44,954 bases of DNA. Origin: Candidatus Zixiibacteriota bacterium (GTDB lineage Bacteria; Zixibacteria; MSB-5A5; GN15; FEB-12). This document shows, piece by piece, positions 10,360-19,694 of this stretch. The notes below the pieces were generated by a model. The model saw only the letters and a program-made list of their open reading frames with translations, was not told the origin of the DNA and did no database searches. The translations under genes and the position numbers were made by a program. The DNA is taken from the NCBI GenBank assembly GCA_024278515.1, contig JAJRTA010000050.1:1-44954 (forward strand). The letters run 5' to 3'. Numbering within the stretch: position 1 is the stretch's first letter; every line of letters begins with the position of its first letter.

Positions 10360-10487
10360 ATATCACTTTCTCTGCTGATCTGAAATCACCGTTTCTACCC
10401 GTCAACAAGCGGCAATGATAATCAAACGATCTCCTGAAGTAAATTGAAATCTTGGCCCCTTTACATAATCAAGGAACCTGACAACGG

Positions 10488-12863
10488 TTATTGACAAGAA
10501 ATGACCTGGCTGGTGACTGCAGGATGTGCAGAAGAAACTGACGGACCACTTGATTCTGCTTTTTGCTTATCTATTTCTCGGTCCAGTTCCTGACGAACAG
10601 CCCGTCCGAGAGCTTCGCGAGAGAAAGGTTTGCGAACATACGGGCCGGCTCCCATCGCCCGCATCAGCTCTACACGTTCGGTGGGAGAGTATCCGCTGAC
10701 AATGACTACTTTCAAGTCAGGACAGATTTGTCGAGCCGCTTTGAAAGTGTCCAGCCCGTCGAAACCATCCTCCATAATCATATCCAGAACGACCAGATCG
10801 ACCGGCTTTTCTTTCAGGTATTCAAGCGCTTCCCGTCCACCCGACACACACGCCACCTCGTAGCCGAACCGTTTCAAAATAGTAGAAGCCGCCCCCCGTT
10901 GTTCCTCAACATCATCTACGACCAGGATCCTTTCGTGTCCCTCAAAACTATCCATCGATCGGCTGTCGGATTGTTCCTTCCTGTCGGTAGCCGGGAAATA
11001 AAGAACAAAACGAGTGCCCACACCCACTTCTGAAAACACATCGTAGTATCCATGGTGATCTTTGACAATGCCGTAAACGACGGAAAGACCGAGGCCGGAA
11101 CCGGATTTCCCCATCTTTTTCTTTGAATAGTACGGCTCGAATATCTTGTCCAGATCTTTCGGGTCTATACCGGTACCGGTATCGCTGACACTCAGAACAA
11201 TATATTCTCCGGGGGGCATCCTTTTATACGCTTCTGCAAGCTGTCGGTCCGTAGCCCGGCCAACGCTTATCTGCAATGTTCCGCCTTCAGGCATGGCATC
11301 GCAGGCGTTCACAACCAGATTCATAATGACTTTTTCCAGATGTGCGGCCGACCCTGTTATTTTCGCCTCTGGATCAAGATCGATCTCCACTTTTACCGCC
11401 GAATTATTGTCACGAATCGACAGGAAAGCAGGCGAGTTCAGAAAAGTAGTCACCACGTCCGACAGGTCAACTAATTCCATTTCGTATCGACCCCGCCGCG
11501 CCAGAGTCAGAAGATCCTGAATGACGGTAGCTGCTCGATTGGCCGCTTTCCCCATAATTGCAACAATGTTTCGAATCGGGCTGTCCGCCGGCAGGTCTTC
11601 CAGTATCATGTCAGGGTAGGCCACCAGCGGACCCAGCATGTTGTTGAGATCATGAGCGACCCCCCCGGCCAGCATTCCCAGCGATTCCATCCGCTCGGCT
11701 TTTTCCAGACGTTCAGCCAAAACCCGCGCTTCTTCGGACGCCTTTTTCCGTTGTGTGATGTCGTCGATGATATGAATTGCGCCTGTAATCTTACCGTCAT
11801 CATCAGCGACAACAGAAGAATTGATGGATACATCGATGATGGCGCCGTCGCTTCTCAGCATCCGGTATTCCTTGTTGAATTCACATCCTTTCTCAATAAC
11901 CCGTCTCATTCCGCGACGCCCTTCCCGGATGCAGTCAGGGTGCATCAGGCTCTCGATAGACTTTCCGATCAGGTCACCCGGGAGAAAACCCAGCACTTCC
12001 TGCGCCCGCAGATTACATTCGATAATTACTCCGGATATGTCGACACTAATGATAAGGTTCGGAGCCGTTTCAAAAATTGATCGATATTTCTGCTCTTTTT
12101 CCCGTATCGCTACCATCGCTCCACGAACATTGCCGACCATCTCGTTGAAGACTCCGGCCAGCACGCCGACTTCGTCCCTGCTGTTCACCACTACCGAAAC
12201 ATCCGTGTCTCCCCCGGCTACTGCTTCCGCCGCTTCCTTCAATTGCACGATCGGTTTGGTAATCATGTGACCGAATAACAGCGAGATTGCGATCCCCAGC
12301 AAAAGTACGATCAAACTGATTATCAGGGTAGTACGTCGGTTCTCCCGAATACCGGCCTGTACGCTTTCCAAAGAGGTGGCCATCACCAGAGTCCCATAGC
12401 TCTGAAGATGGTAGGTTATGGGAGTTGATGTCAAGTGCAACGCCTGCTCCCCCAGATTCACAAGGCAATCAGTGCCGTCTATTTCCGCGTCGGTATCGAA
12501 TTGCAGACTGTCCGGATTGTACGAAGTCAACAGCTCACCATTTTCATCATATATTAAAATGCAGGCCAGGTTGCTGTCCATTTTGGCCCAGTCCATAGCC
12601 TCAGCAACAAGGCTGAAATCTCCAATCGCCATCCCCTGACCGCACCCGAGAGCAAGCATTTCCGCAAACTTGTGATCATGATTATGCATGGTCGCAATTA
12701 TCCGATCTTTTTCCTGCGCCGGGTAATACCAGATTACGAACAGAGTGATCAGAACCAGCGTTAAACTGCTGCTGACAATGATCCGGGTACGGATAGACAG
12801 ATCTCTTACCTTGTCAAGAAGTATCACCCGCTTACTCCTTATCGACTTCCTCTTCTGCCTCAT
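10488..12863 (-). CDS. Hybrid sensor histidine kinase (TM - extracytoplasmic domain - TM - HAMP - PAS - HisKA - HATPase - receiver)
   Basis: 791-aa ORF. Two hydrophobic segments flank a ~130-aa extracytoplasmic region. It has a HAMP-like segment, a PAS region, an H-box (GVAHDLNNMLGPL), a G-box (GSGLGLSVVYGIV), and a C-terminal receiver with DLVVLDMIMEDG. Its start overlaps the upstream ORF by 32 nt. Confidence 0.9.
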   Translation of the reverse strand: MRQKRKSIRSKRVILLDKVRDLSIRTRIIVSSSLTLVLITLFVIWYYPAQEKDRIIATMHNHDHKFAEMLALGCGQGMAIGDFSLVAEAMDWAKMDSNLACILIYDENGELLTSYNPDSLQFDTDAEIDGTDCLVNLGEQALHLTSTPITYHLQSYGTLVMATSLESVQAGIRENRRTTLIISLIVLLLGIAISLLFGHMITKPIVQLKEAAEAVAGGDTDVSVVVNSRDEVGVLAGVFNEMVGNVRGAMVAIREKEQKYRSIFETAPNLIISVDISGVIIECNLRAQEVLGFLPGDLIGKSIESLMHPDCIREGRRGMRRVIEKGCEFNKEYRMLRSDGAIIDVSINSSVVADDDGKITGAIHIIDDITQRKKASEEARVLAERLEKAERMESLGMLAGGVAHDLNNMLGPLVAYPDMILEDLPADSPIRNIVAIMGKAANRAATVIQDLLTLARRGRYEMELVDLSDVVTTFLNSPAFLSIRDNNSAVKVEIDLDPEAKITGSAAHLEKVIMNLVVNACDAMPEGGTLQISVGRATDRQLAEAYKRMPPGEYIVLSVSDTGTGIDPKDLDKIFEPYYSKKKMGKSGSGLGLSVVYGIVKDHHGYYDVFSEVGVGTRFVLYFPATDRKEQSDSRSMDSFEGHERILVVDDVEEQRGAASTILKRFGYEVACVSGGREALEYLKEKPVDLVVLDMIMEDGFDGLDTFKAARQICPDLKVVIVSGYSPTERVELMRAMGAGPYVRKPFSREALGRAVRQELDREIDKQKAESSGPSVSSAHPAVTSQVISCQ

Positions 12864-13335
12864 CCTTCAAAGGATACTCCGGAGATTCAGGCGATATACC
12901 ATCTATGGTCAGTACCTTGACCGTGCTGTCGACATCGGCAAAGTCGAGAAATCCGATCGCGAACTCTTGTCTTCCGACGAATTCCTTCAAATCCGATGAA
13001 TGTTCGAATACTACCGGAGGGGTGGCATATTGTCCCTCAAAAACGACCTTCATCCAGTACTTTCTGAAACGCTTCAGTGACATTTCCGCAACATTCTCGT
13101 AGAAAACAGCCGCCAGCGGGTTGTTTTCGGCCAGTACGATCGGTCTGCCCGTTACAAAGGAAGTAGACTTGCCCAGATACACTCGTTTCAGTTCTCCCAG
13201 GCTGATGTCGTCAATCGGATTGTCACAATGTACTACTACGGCCGTCTTAGCCAGAACCATGGATCCGCTCAGAACAAGCAGGAGAACACCCGGCAATAAA
13301 GTTCGAACCGTCTTTTTCGCTGTCTGCAGTATCAT
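12832..13335 (-). CDS. Secreted single-lobe PBP-like (PstS/PBP_like_2-type) substrate-binding domain protein
   Basis: 167-aa ORF with a signal peptide (LLLVLSGSMVLA-KT). LGELKRVYLGK and AIGFLDFADVDSTVKVLTIDG resemble the phosphate/anion-binding PBP family but cover only about half its length. It has an acidic C-terminal tail. Confidence 0.55.
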   Translation of the reverse strand: MILQTAKKTVRTLLPGVLLLVLSGSMVLAKTAVVVHCDNPIDDISLGELKRVYLGKSTSFVTGRPIVLAENNPLAAVFYENVAEMSLKRFRKYWMKVVFEGQYATPPVVFEHSSDLKEFVGRQEFAIGFLDFADVDSTVKVLTIDGISPESPEYPLKDEAEEEVDKE

Positions 13336-13344
13336 ATTATACCA

Positions 13345-14445
13345 TCAGAATGCCGCGGCGATCGAGCCGACGTACATACCATAACGGTCTGTTGTCTTAC
13401 TGGCCCCGCTCAGTGATTTGGTTGCCCGGATGAAGTGTATTTCGTTTTTCAGATAAACCCGGGTCGTTAATGAAATGTTAAGGCCGACTATCCCGATGAT
13501 TTCAGCCGCGCCCGGCTCGTCAGTATCATGATCGATATAATCATAACGGAAAAACGGCGTAATTTTTTCAAGGAAGGTATAGGCGCCCAGCAGATAATAA
13601 CCAAGGTGTACTTTGTACCTGCCGTTGGGTCGATTCAGACTGTCGAGCTGTTCCGCATGATGTCTCAGGAGTTCAAACTCCATGTGATAATTACCGGCAT
13701 CGAACTCGGCGTCCAGACCAAGGGAACGTTGCAAAGTACCATAATCCAGCCCATGCTTGTCGGCGTAAAAAGACGCTCCAAGGCGCAAACGACCGCCCGG
13801 AGGAGTTATCACCAGACGCCCCCCCAGTCCCTTGTTGGAGTTGTCGTCGGAGCCGCCCGGCGCCGCGCCCCGTCCGTTGCCGGCGTACAGTTGATACCGC
13901 AACTCCCACGAACCGGGATAGATATTTCCGACCAACTGCACCCCGGTTGTAAACTTTGAGAATAATCGATCTTTATATCCACTTGCCAGAGGGTGCTTGC
14001 CGTATACCGAGTAGGGCAGTTTGGTGAAAATAAAAGTCGGGGTAGCATCGTGACGTTCATTATAGATGCCAAAAGGAGACAGAAACTTGCCCATCCGTAA
14101 ACGAAGGGCATCGGAATGCTTGTATTCGAGAAATCCCTTAGCGAGGTAGATCTTGCCGCTTGACTCGTTGCGACTCAAGGTGGGGCCGTGTTCATATTCA
14201 ACCTCACTGAAGATTCGATAATTATGAGACAGCGGGTATATGGCTATAAAGTTCAAATGATGCTGGTTGAACGTCCATGGATCCGAATCCTCCCGATCAA
14301 AAGAGGCCTGCACTTCCATGTCAAAAAAACCGTAGGTCTTGAACCTGGGCCGACCCGCCGATATGGCCGCTTCGCCTGCCAACAACAGGGCAAAAAAAAC
14401 AGCCCCGCCTTTCACAATTCTGCTGGTCCCGTTCAGAGAAATCAT
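13345..14445 (-). CDS. Porin-like outer-membrane beta-barrel protein
   Basis: 366-aa ORF with an N-terminal signal-like segment, amphipathic beta-strand periodicity rich in Y/F/G, and a C-terminal aromatic residue (…GSIAAAF) typical of BAM substrates. It sits 9 nt upstream of the PBP-like ORF. Confidence 0.6.
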   Translation of the reverse strand: MISLNGTSRIVKGGAVFFALLLAGEAAISAGRPRFKTYGFFDMEVQASFDREDSDPWTFNQHHLNFIAIYPLSHNYRIFSEVEYEHGPTLSRNESSGKIYLAKGFLEYKHSDALRLRMGKFLSPFGIYNERHDATPTFIFTKLPYSVYGKHPLASGYKDRLFSKFTTGVQLVGNIYPGSWELRYQLYAGNGRGAAPGGSDDNSNKGLGGRLVITPPGGRLRLGASFYADKHGLDYGTLQRSLGLDAEFDAGNYHMEFELLRHHAEQLDSLNRPNGRYKVHLGYYLLGAYTFLEKITPFFRYDYIDHDTDEPGAAEIIGIVGLNISLTTRVYLKNEIHFIRATKSLSGASKTTDRYGMYVGSIAAAF

Positions 14446-14735
14446 GCCGGCACCCTGTCAGAAATGGCTTTGTCCGAATCGACAATTAAGGGACAGGTGT
14501 TTCGATGGTCGTTTATTAATTCTGTCATTGTCTTGGACCCTCCATTTTGCTCAGGCACGTAGAGGCTGAATCAATCGCCTGCTATTTTACGCACCGGCTC
14601 CGCCTGTCATCCACATGTAAACTGCAAGCAGACATCATAGTCCATTTATCGACCAAAACCCCTTTAATTTTAGGGATAAACGGTTCGCTGAGCCGGGCAT
14701 CCCGACATTATGAAGGACGTGATAAGCTGGAATAT

Positions 14736-14751
14736 AGTTGTATTTGCAACT
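14736..14751. promoter_or_regulatory. Inverted repeat AGTTG-N6-CAACT, candidate MarR operator
   Basis: A 5-bp perfect arm pair sits ~30 nt upstream of the preferred MarR start at 14779, in the divergent intergenic region. If the MarR ORF really starts at 14710, the repeat would be intragenic. Confidence 0.3.
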
Positions 14752-14778
14752 TTTTTTCCGTATTTAAGAAACCTGCTT

Positions 14779-15303
14779 ATGACTGAAACAAACAGCATTC
14801 TGATTCCACCACTTCCTCGCCCGCCCGGGATGACAGCTCACGCTTTCAAGATGAAACTGAGCGATAATCCGGCTGAATCAGGAACCGACATCATCACCGA
14901 CCAGTTTATCACTCTGATGAAACTAAGGCTGCAGGATGAACTGTGTCAGCATGAAATAACCAACATCTCAGGTTGTGACAAAACGAGGACAACCCGTATT
15001 CTGACCATATTTGAAAAGAAAATACTCATCGTACGGGTGAATAACTATAACGATCGTCGCCATAAAACTATCTACCTGACTACCCGGGGTCGCGCCGCCT
15101 GCCGTCGGCTGGAGCCGATGGAGCAGGCCATCCACGAAGAAGCCCTTACCGGACTGACCGATGGACAGATCGAAAAATGCCGCAAAGTACTAAATCAGAC
15201 AATTAACAATTTGAACAGGGGCCAATATAAGATGACCTTTTCCCGCACGAATCGAATAACGTTTCGACCCGGTTATAACCAGAACCATGAGGTCAGCCAG
15301 TGA
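14779..15303 (+). CDS. MarR-family transcriptional regulator
   Basis: It has a winged-HTH core (ITNISGCDKTRTTRILTIFEKKILIVRVNNYNDRRHKTIYLTTRG). The ORF track begins at 14710, but the internal ATG at 14779 gives the usual ~175 aa. Its stop overlaps the GTG start of the MFP gene (GTGA). Confidence 0.75.
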   Translation: MTETNSILIPPLPRPPGMTAHAFKMKLSDNPAESGTDIITDQFITLMKLRLQDELCQHEITNISGCDKTRTTRILTIFEKKILIVRVNNYNDRRHKTIYLTTRGRAACRRLEPMEQAIHEEALTGLTDGQIEKCRKVLNQTINNLNRGQYKMTFSRTNRITFRPGYNQNHEVSQ

Positions 15304-16442
15304 AAAAGATAACCCGGTTTCTTCTTCCGGCCGTTATTCTTGGTCTTGGCCTTGCGGCCATGCTGGTTCTCCTAAGGCTCAAATCCGATACGCCGCCTCG
15401 CAAGGAAACAGTAACACCAAAGATAGTAAAAGCTACTGAAGTAACTCTTTCAGATGTAGCCACTGAGATTACAGCCTATGGACGAGTGGTCAGCGCCCGT
15501 CCTCTGGAGCTTTATGCCGATGTGTCCGGTGAGCTGTTACCCGGTGATGTTGAGTTTCTGCCGGCGCAATCTTTCCGCAAAGGAGATGTGTTGGTCAGAA
15601 TCGATGATCGCCAGGCCCGGTTGCGGGTCAACAGCGCCAGAAGCGATCTGCTTTCCTCGTTAGCCAGCGCCCTTCCCGAAATCAGAACAGATTTCGCGGA
15701 TGAGTGGCCGATCTGGCAGGATTTTTTTTCGCGCTGTGATTTCGATCACAACACGCCGGAGCTTCCCCCAACCTCTGATGAACGGTTGAAACTTTTACTT
15801 GCTCGTCTCAACGTATACAAATTGTACTTTAATGTTCGGGATTTGGAAATCATCCTCGAAAAGCATAAAATCACAGCACCGTTTGACGGCTCGATTCTGG
15901 AAGTTGGGTTGCGCGTGGGCGCGACCGCCCGGGTCGGAAGTCTGCTTGGAAGCATTATCAGCCTTGAGCGGCAGGAAGTTCGGATTTCTCTGCCCGCCTC
16001 CGATCTTCAGTGGATCGATCCGCAGGCAACCGTGACACTTACTTCAGGTGAAACCGCTCAGCAGTGGCATGGCGTTATCACTCGCGTCGGCACTAATGTG
16101 GACACCAGAACCCAGACAATCGACCTGTATATAGCAGTAAACCATGACGGCTCCGCTCCGTTGCTTAATAGTATGTTCCTGAACGCTTCAATCCCCGGTC
16201 GGGTGATAGAAAACAGCATGACCCTTCCCCGCGCCGCCGTCTATGACGAACGCTTTGTATACAAAGTGACCGGTGGAAACCTGATAAGAAGTTCGATCAA
16301 TGTGGCCAGATGGACCGAGGAGACAGCCATAGTCTCAGGCGGCCTCGAGGATCGCGACACGGTTGTTATCGAGGCGTTGAAGGGTGTAGTGGAAGGAATG
16401 CCGGTATCACCGCAAATTACACGAACTGAACAGGGCGACTGA
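15300..16442 (+). CDS. RND efflux periplasmic adaptor (membrane fusion protein)
   Basis: 380-aa ORF with an N-terminal membrane anchor and a HlyD/AcrA-like lipoyl and beta-barrel pattern (ITAPFDGSILEV…). It is translationally coupled to the RND permease (TGATG). Confidence 0.85.
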   Translation: MKKITRFLLPAVILGLGLAAMLVLLRLKSDTPPRKETVTPKIVKATEVTLSDVATEITAYGRVVSARPLELYADVSGELLPGDVEFLPAQSFRKGDVLVRIDDRQARLRVNSARSDLLSSLASALPEIRTDFADEWPIWQDFFSRCDFDHNTPELPPTSDERLKLLLARLNVYKLYFNVRDLEIILEKHKITAPFDGSILEVGLRVGATARVGSLLGSIISLERQEVRISLPASDLQWIDPQATVTLTSGETAQQWHGVITRVGTNVDTRTQTIDLYIAVNHDGSAPLLNSMFLNASIPGRVIENSMTLPRAAVYDERFVYKVTGGNLIRSSINVARWTEETAIVSGGLEDRDTVVIEALKGVVEGMPVSPQITRTEQGD

Positions 16443-19400
16443 TGCGACGGGTAATAAGCTATTTCATCAGGTATCCTGTCTGGACCCATGTGCTGTTGTT
16501 TACGATCATCGGTTTCGGCCTGATTTCGCTTACCCAGTTACGCTACTCGTTTTTTCCCGAAATCAAGCCCAGTGTTATCACTATACAGGTCGCCTACCCC
16601 GGCGCTTCACCCGACGAGGTGGCTGAAGGAGTGGTTCTCAAAATCGAGGAGAACCTCGACGGTCTTCAGGGTGTGGAGCGGGTCACTTCGATCTCACGTG
16701 AGAACTTCGCCACGGTAAGCGTGGAGATAACCCGCGACGCCGAGCTTGACAAAGTGCTGACCGACGTAAAGAACGCGGTCGACCGCATCAACTCTTTCCC
16801 GGTCGATGCCGAGAAACCGGTTATATTTGAACAGAAGTTCAGGACACGGTCGTTGTCGGTAATAATCTACGGGTCAACCGATCTTTACAACCTGAAGTAT
16901 ATCGCAGAACAGGTGAGAGATGATCTCATTGCGATGGAGGGTATTTCGCAGGTAACATTCGAGGGGTTACCCGACCTCGAATTCTCAATAGAAATATCCG
17001 AGGCCGACCGCAGAAAATACGGAATCAGTTTCGATGAAATAGCGTCAGCCGTCCGGCGGGCCAACCTGAACATCTCCGGCGGAAAATTCGAGACCTTCGA
17101 CGAAGAGATCCTGATCCGCGCCTGGGGACGAGTCTACCGGACGGATGAACTTTATGACCTGCCGATACGCGGGAACACCGGGGGAAGCATCGTTTACCTC
17201 GGGGATATCGCAACGGTGAAAGAACAATGGGAAGATATTCCGGACAAACGGTACTTCAACGGTAAAACGGCTGTCATCCTTAACATCGATCAGACGGAAG
17301 AAGAAGATATTATCGCGATTGCCGACAGTACATACGCCTATGTTGCACGATTAAACGAGAGTCATGACAATCTGAAGGCGGTTGTCTGGGATGACCGCAC
17401 CATCCCGTTGCGACAGCGTATAGAACTGCTGGTCAAGAACGGTTTCATCGGCCTGTTGCTGGTAATCACATCTCTGGGCTTCTTTCTCAAATTGCGACTT
17501 TCGTTCTGGGTATCGATCGGGATACCGTTCTCATTCGCCGGGATGCTGATTATCGCCGGTTTCTGGGGGATAACGATAAATGTCATATCACTTTTCGGCA
17601 TGATTATCGTGGTTGGCATTCTCGTCGACGATGCTATCGTAGTGGCCGAGAATATCTACTCACATTATGAGCGCGGCTCCTCGGCGGCCAAAGCAGCTAT
17701 CGACGGAACAATGGAAGTAATCGCACCGGTCACAACTTCGATACTGACCACCGTAATCGTGTTTATCCCCTACTTTTTCCTCGACGGAATGCTCGGTAAA
17801 TTCATCTGGCAAATGGCGCTTGTAGTAATAGCTTCGCTTTTGTTTTCGTTGGTCGAGGCGTTTTTCATTCTGCCGACACACCTGGCGCACTCGCGCGGAC
17901 TCGATGCGAAGAAAGCGGTTCCGAATGTCCGTCGCAAAATCGAGAAAACCGTTCACCGGCTTACTCATAATGTTTACGCTCCCCTTTTGCACAAAGCGCT
18001 CACATACAAGTGGATTACAATCGTGACCCCGATCGCGCTGGTGATGATAACATACGGATTGATTCGCGGCGGGCTGATCGGTGTCACAATCTTTCCGTTC
18101 GTGGATCGTGACACTGTCCCGATAAACGTATCCCTGGTGGCGGGCCGTCAGGAACAGGACACCGATTCATTGCTCAGTCATATAGAAAGAATCGCCTGGC
18201 AGGTCAACGAACAGATCAAATCCGAGCGCGAAGATTCGGCCGATGTCATCACCGGCATCAAACGTGAGATCGGGTCGAACGATATGGGCGAAACCGGTGG
18301 TCATGCCGGACGGCTGACCTGCCAGCTTCTCGATGCCGAGCGGCGTGACATGCCCAGCTACGAGATTGCGAATCGCATCCGTGATGCGGTAGGTCCTCTG
18401 GCCGAAGTAGAGAATATCACTTATGGCAGCGCCGGTCATTTCGGCAAGCCGATTTCGCTCAGTCTGCGCGGTAATGATTTCGAACAACTGGACAAGGCGC
18501 GTGATCTGCTGGTCGCGCGTCTTAAGGAGTCCAGTGAGCTTAAAGATATAACCGACTCCGATCAGGAAGGTCGTCGGGAAATCGACATCAAGCTCAAACC
18601 TAAAGCGTACACACTGGGCCTCACGTTGCAGGATGTTGTCGGACAGGTGCGGCAGGGTTATTTCGGACAGGAAATCCAGCGCATCCAAAGAGGGCGCGAT
18701 GAGATCAGGGTATGGGTGCGATACCGTCCCGAAGATCGCCTGTCTCTGGGCCAGATTGACAAAATGCGAATCATGGCAGGTAACGGCGATTTCTATCCTT
18801 TCAGTGAGCTGGCCTCGTACAGTATCAAGCGTGGTATCACCACTATCAATCATGTCGATCGGAAACGTGAAATTAAAATCGAAGCCAACCCGGTAGATGT
18901 CGAGGCCGACCTTCCACCTATTCTCGCCCGGATCGAGGATGAGGTGCTTCCGCCCATTCTTGCTCAGGTACACGGAGTCACAGCCTCCTTCGAGGGTCAG
19001 TCCCGCGATCAGGGGAAGATGCTTCGTTCGATGCGTCGTACTTTCCCCATCGCGCTGCTGGGTATGTTTGTGCTGGTAGTGCTGGTGTTTCGATCATACG
19101 CTCAGGCCGGGATCGTTTTCTCACTGATCCCGATAGGAATACTCGGTGCTGTCTGGGGACACGGCATACAGGGCATTCAGGTCAATATGCTGTCGATTAT
19201 AGGGATTCTCGCTTTGTCCGGCATTATCATCAATGATGCAATAATCCTTGTGGATCAGATAAACCGCTACCTGCGTGAGGGGAAGAAAGTTTTCGAGGCT
19301 GTTCATTCAGCCGGAGTGGCTCGCCTGAGACCTATCCTGCTGACAACATTCACTACCGCGCTGGGGCTGGCTCCCCTGATCCTCGAAACCAGTCGACAGG

Positions 19401-19603
19401 CGCAGTTCCTGATACCGATGGCCGTGGCTGTAGCCTATGGGCTGGTCTTTGGAACGCTGATCCTGCTGATTATTCTGCCGGCTGCTTTTCTGTCCTTCAA
19501 TTCAATTCGTGTGACCTGGACGCAGTTTATTTATGGCCGTAAATTCGAGCGGGAAGAGGTCGAACCAGCGGTCAGGGAAAAAACACAGGCTTTGCTGGAA
19601 TAA
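16442..19603 (+). CDS. RND efflux permease (AcrB/HAE family)
   Basis: 1053-aa ORF with 12-TM architecture, two large periplasmic loops, and characteristic segments (GMIIVVGILVDDAIVVAENI and LSGIIINDAIILVDQIN). Confidence 0.93.
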   Translation: MRRVISYFIRYPVWTHVLLFTIIGFGLISLTQLRYSFFPEIKPSVITIQVAYPGASPDEVAEGVVLKIEENLDGLQGVERVTSISRENFATVSVEITRDAELDKVLTDVKNAVDRINSFPVDAEKPVIFEQKFRTRSLSVIIYGSTDLYNLKYIAEQVRDDLIAMEGISQVTFEGLPDLEFSIEISEADRRKYGISFDEIASAVRRANLNISGGKFETFDEEILIRAWGRVYRTDELYDLPIRGNTGGSIVYLGDIATVKEQWEDIPDKRYFNGKTAVILNIDQTEEEDIIAIADSTYAYVARLNESHDNLKAVVWDDRTIPLRQRIELLVKNGFIGLLLVITSLGFFLKLRLSFWVSIGIPFSFAGMLIIAGFWGITINVISLFGMIIVVGILVDDAIVVAENIYSHYERGSSAAKAAIDGTMEVIAPVTTSILTTVIVFIPYFFLDGMLGKFIWQMALVVIASLLFSLVEAFFILPTHLAHSRGLDAKKAVPNVRRKIEKTVHRLTHNVYAPLLHKALTYKWITIVTPIALVMITYGLIRGGLIGVTIFPFVDRDTVPINVSLVAGRQEQDTDSLLSHIERIAWQVNEQIKSEREDSADVITGIKREIGSNDMGETGGHAGRLTCQLLDAERRDMPSYEIANRIRDAVGPLAEVENITYGSAGHFGKPISLSLRGNDFEQLDKARDLLVARLKESSELKDITDSDQEGRREIDIKLKPKAYTLGLTLQDVVGQVRQGYFGQEIQRIQRGRDEIRVWVRYRPEDRLSLGQIDKMRIMAGNGDFYPFSELASYSIKRGITTINHVDRKREIKIEANPVDVEADLPPILARIEDEVLPPILAQVHGVTASFEGQSRDQGKMLRSMRRTFPIALLGMFVLVVLVFRSYAQAGIVFSLIPIGILGAVWGHGIQGIQVNMLSIIGILALSGIIINDAIILVDQINRYLREGKKVFEAVHSAGVARLRPILLTTFTTALGLAPLILETSRQAQFLIPMAVAVAYGLVFGTLILLIILPAAFLSFNSIRVTWTQFIYGRKFEREEVEPAVREKTQALLE

Positions 19604-19657
19604 ACTGATATCAAAAAAACTTCCCGATCCATTTCGAACAGACCCATCGGATTAAAC

Positions 19658-19686
19658 TTGAGTTGGGCTGATAACCGGTCTATGTT
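19658..19686 (+). promoter_or_regulatory. Sigma70-type promoter candidate directly abutting the wecB start (possible leaderless transcript)
   Basis: TTGAGT-N17-TATGTT, with only 8 nt between the -10 element and the wecB ATG (19695). No Shine-Dalgarno is visible. Confidence 0.25.
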
Positions 19687-19694
19687 GTAACGGT

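Noticed and set aside
14554-14567. GGCACG-N-GCT sigma54-like string in the porin/MarR intergenic region
   Set aside because: The GG-to-GC spacing is one nt short of the required spacing. It also lies >200 nt from the MarR start.
14547-14786. 79-aa TTG-initiated ORF in the porin/MarR divergent intergenic region
   Set aside because: It has no SD, no recognisable fold and poor composition. It overlaps the candidate MarR operator and start.
18167-18973. 268-aa minus-strand ORF inside the RND permease gene
   Set aside because: It is nested antisense in a 1053-aa AcrB-family gene whose frame is unambiguous. It has no recognisable domains.
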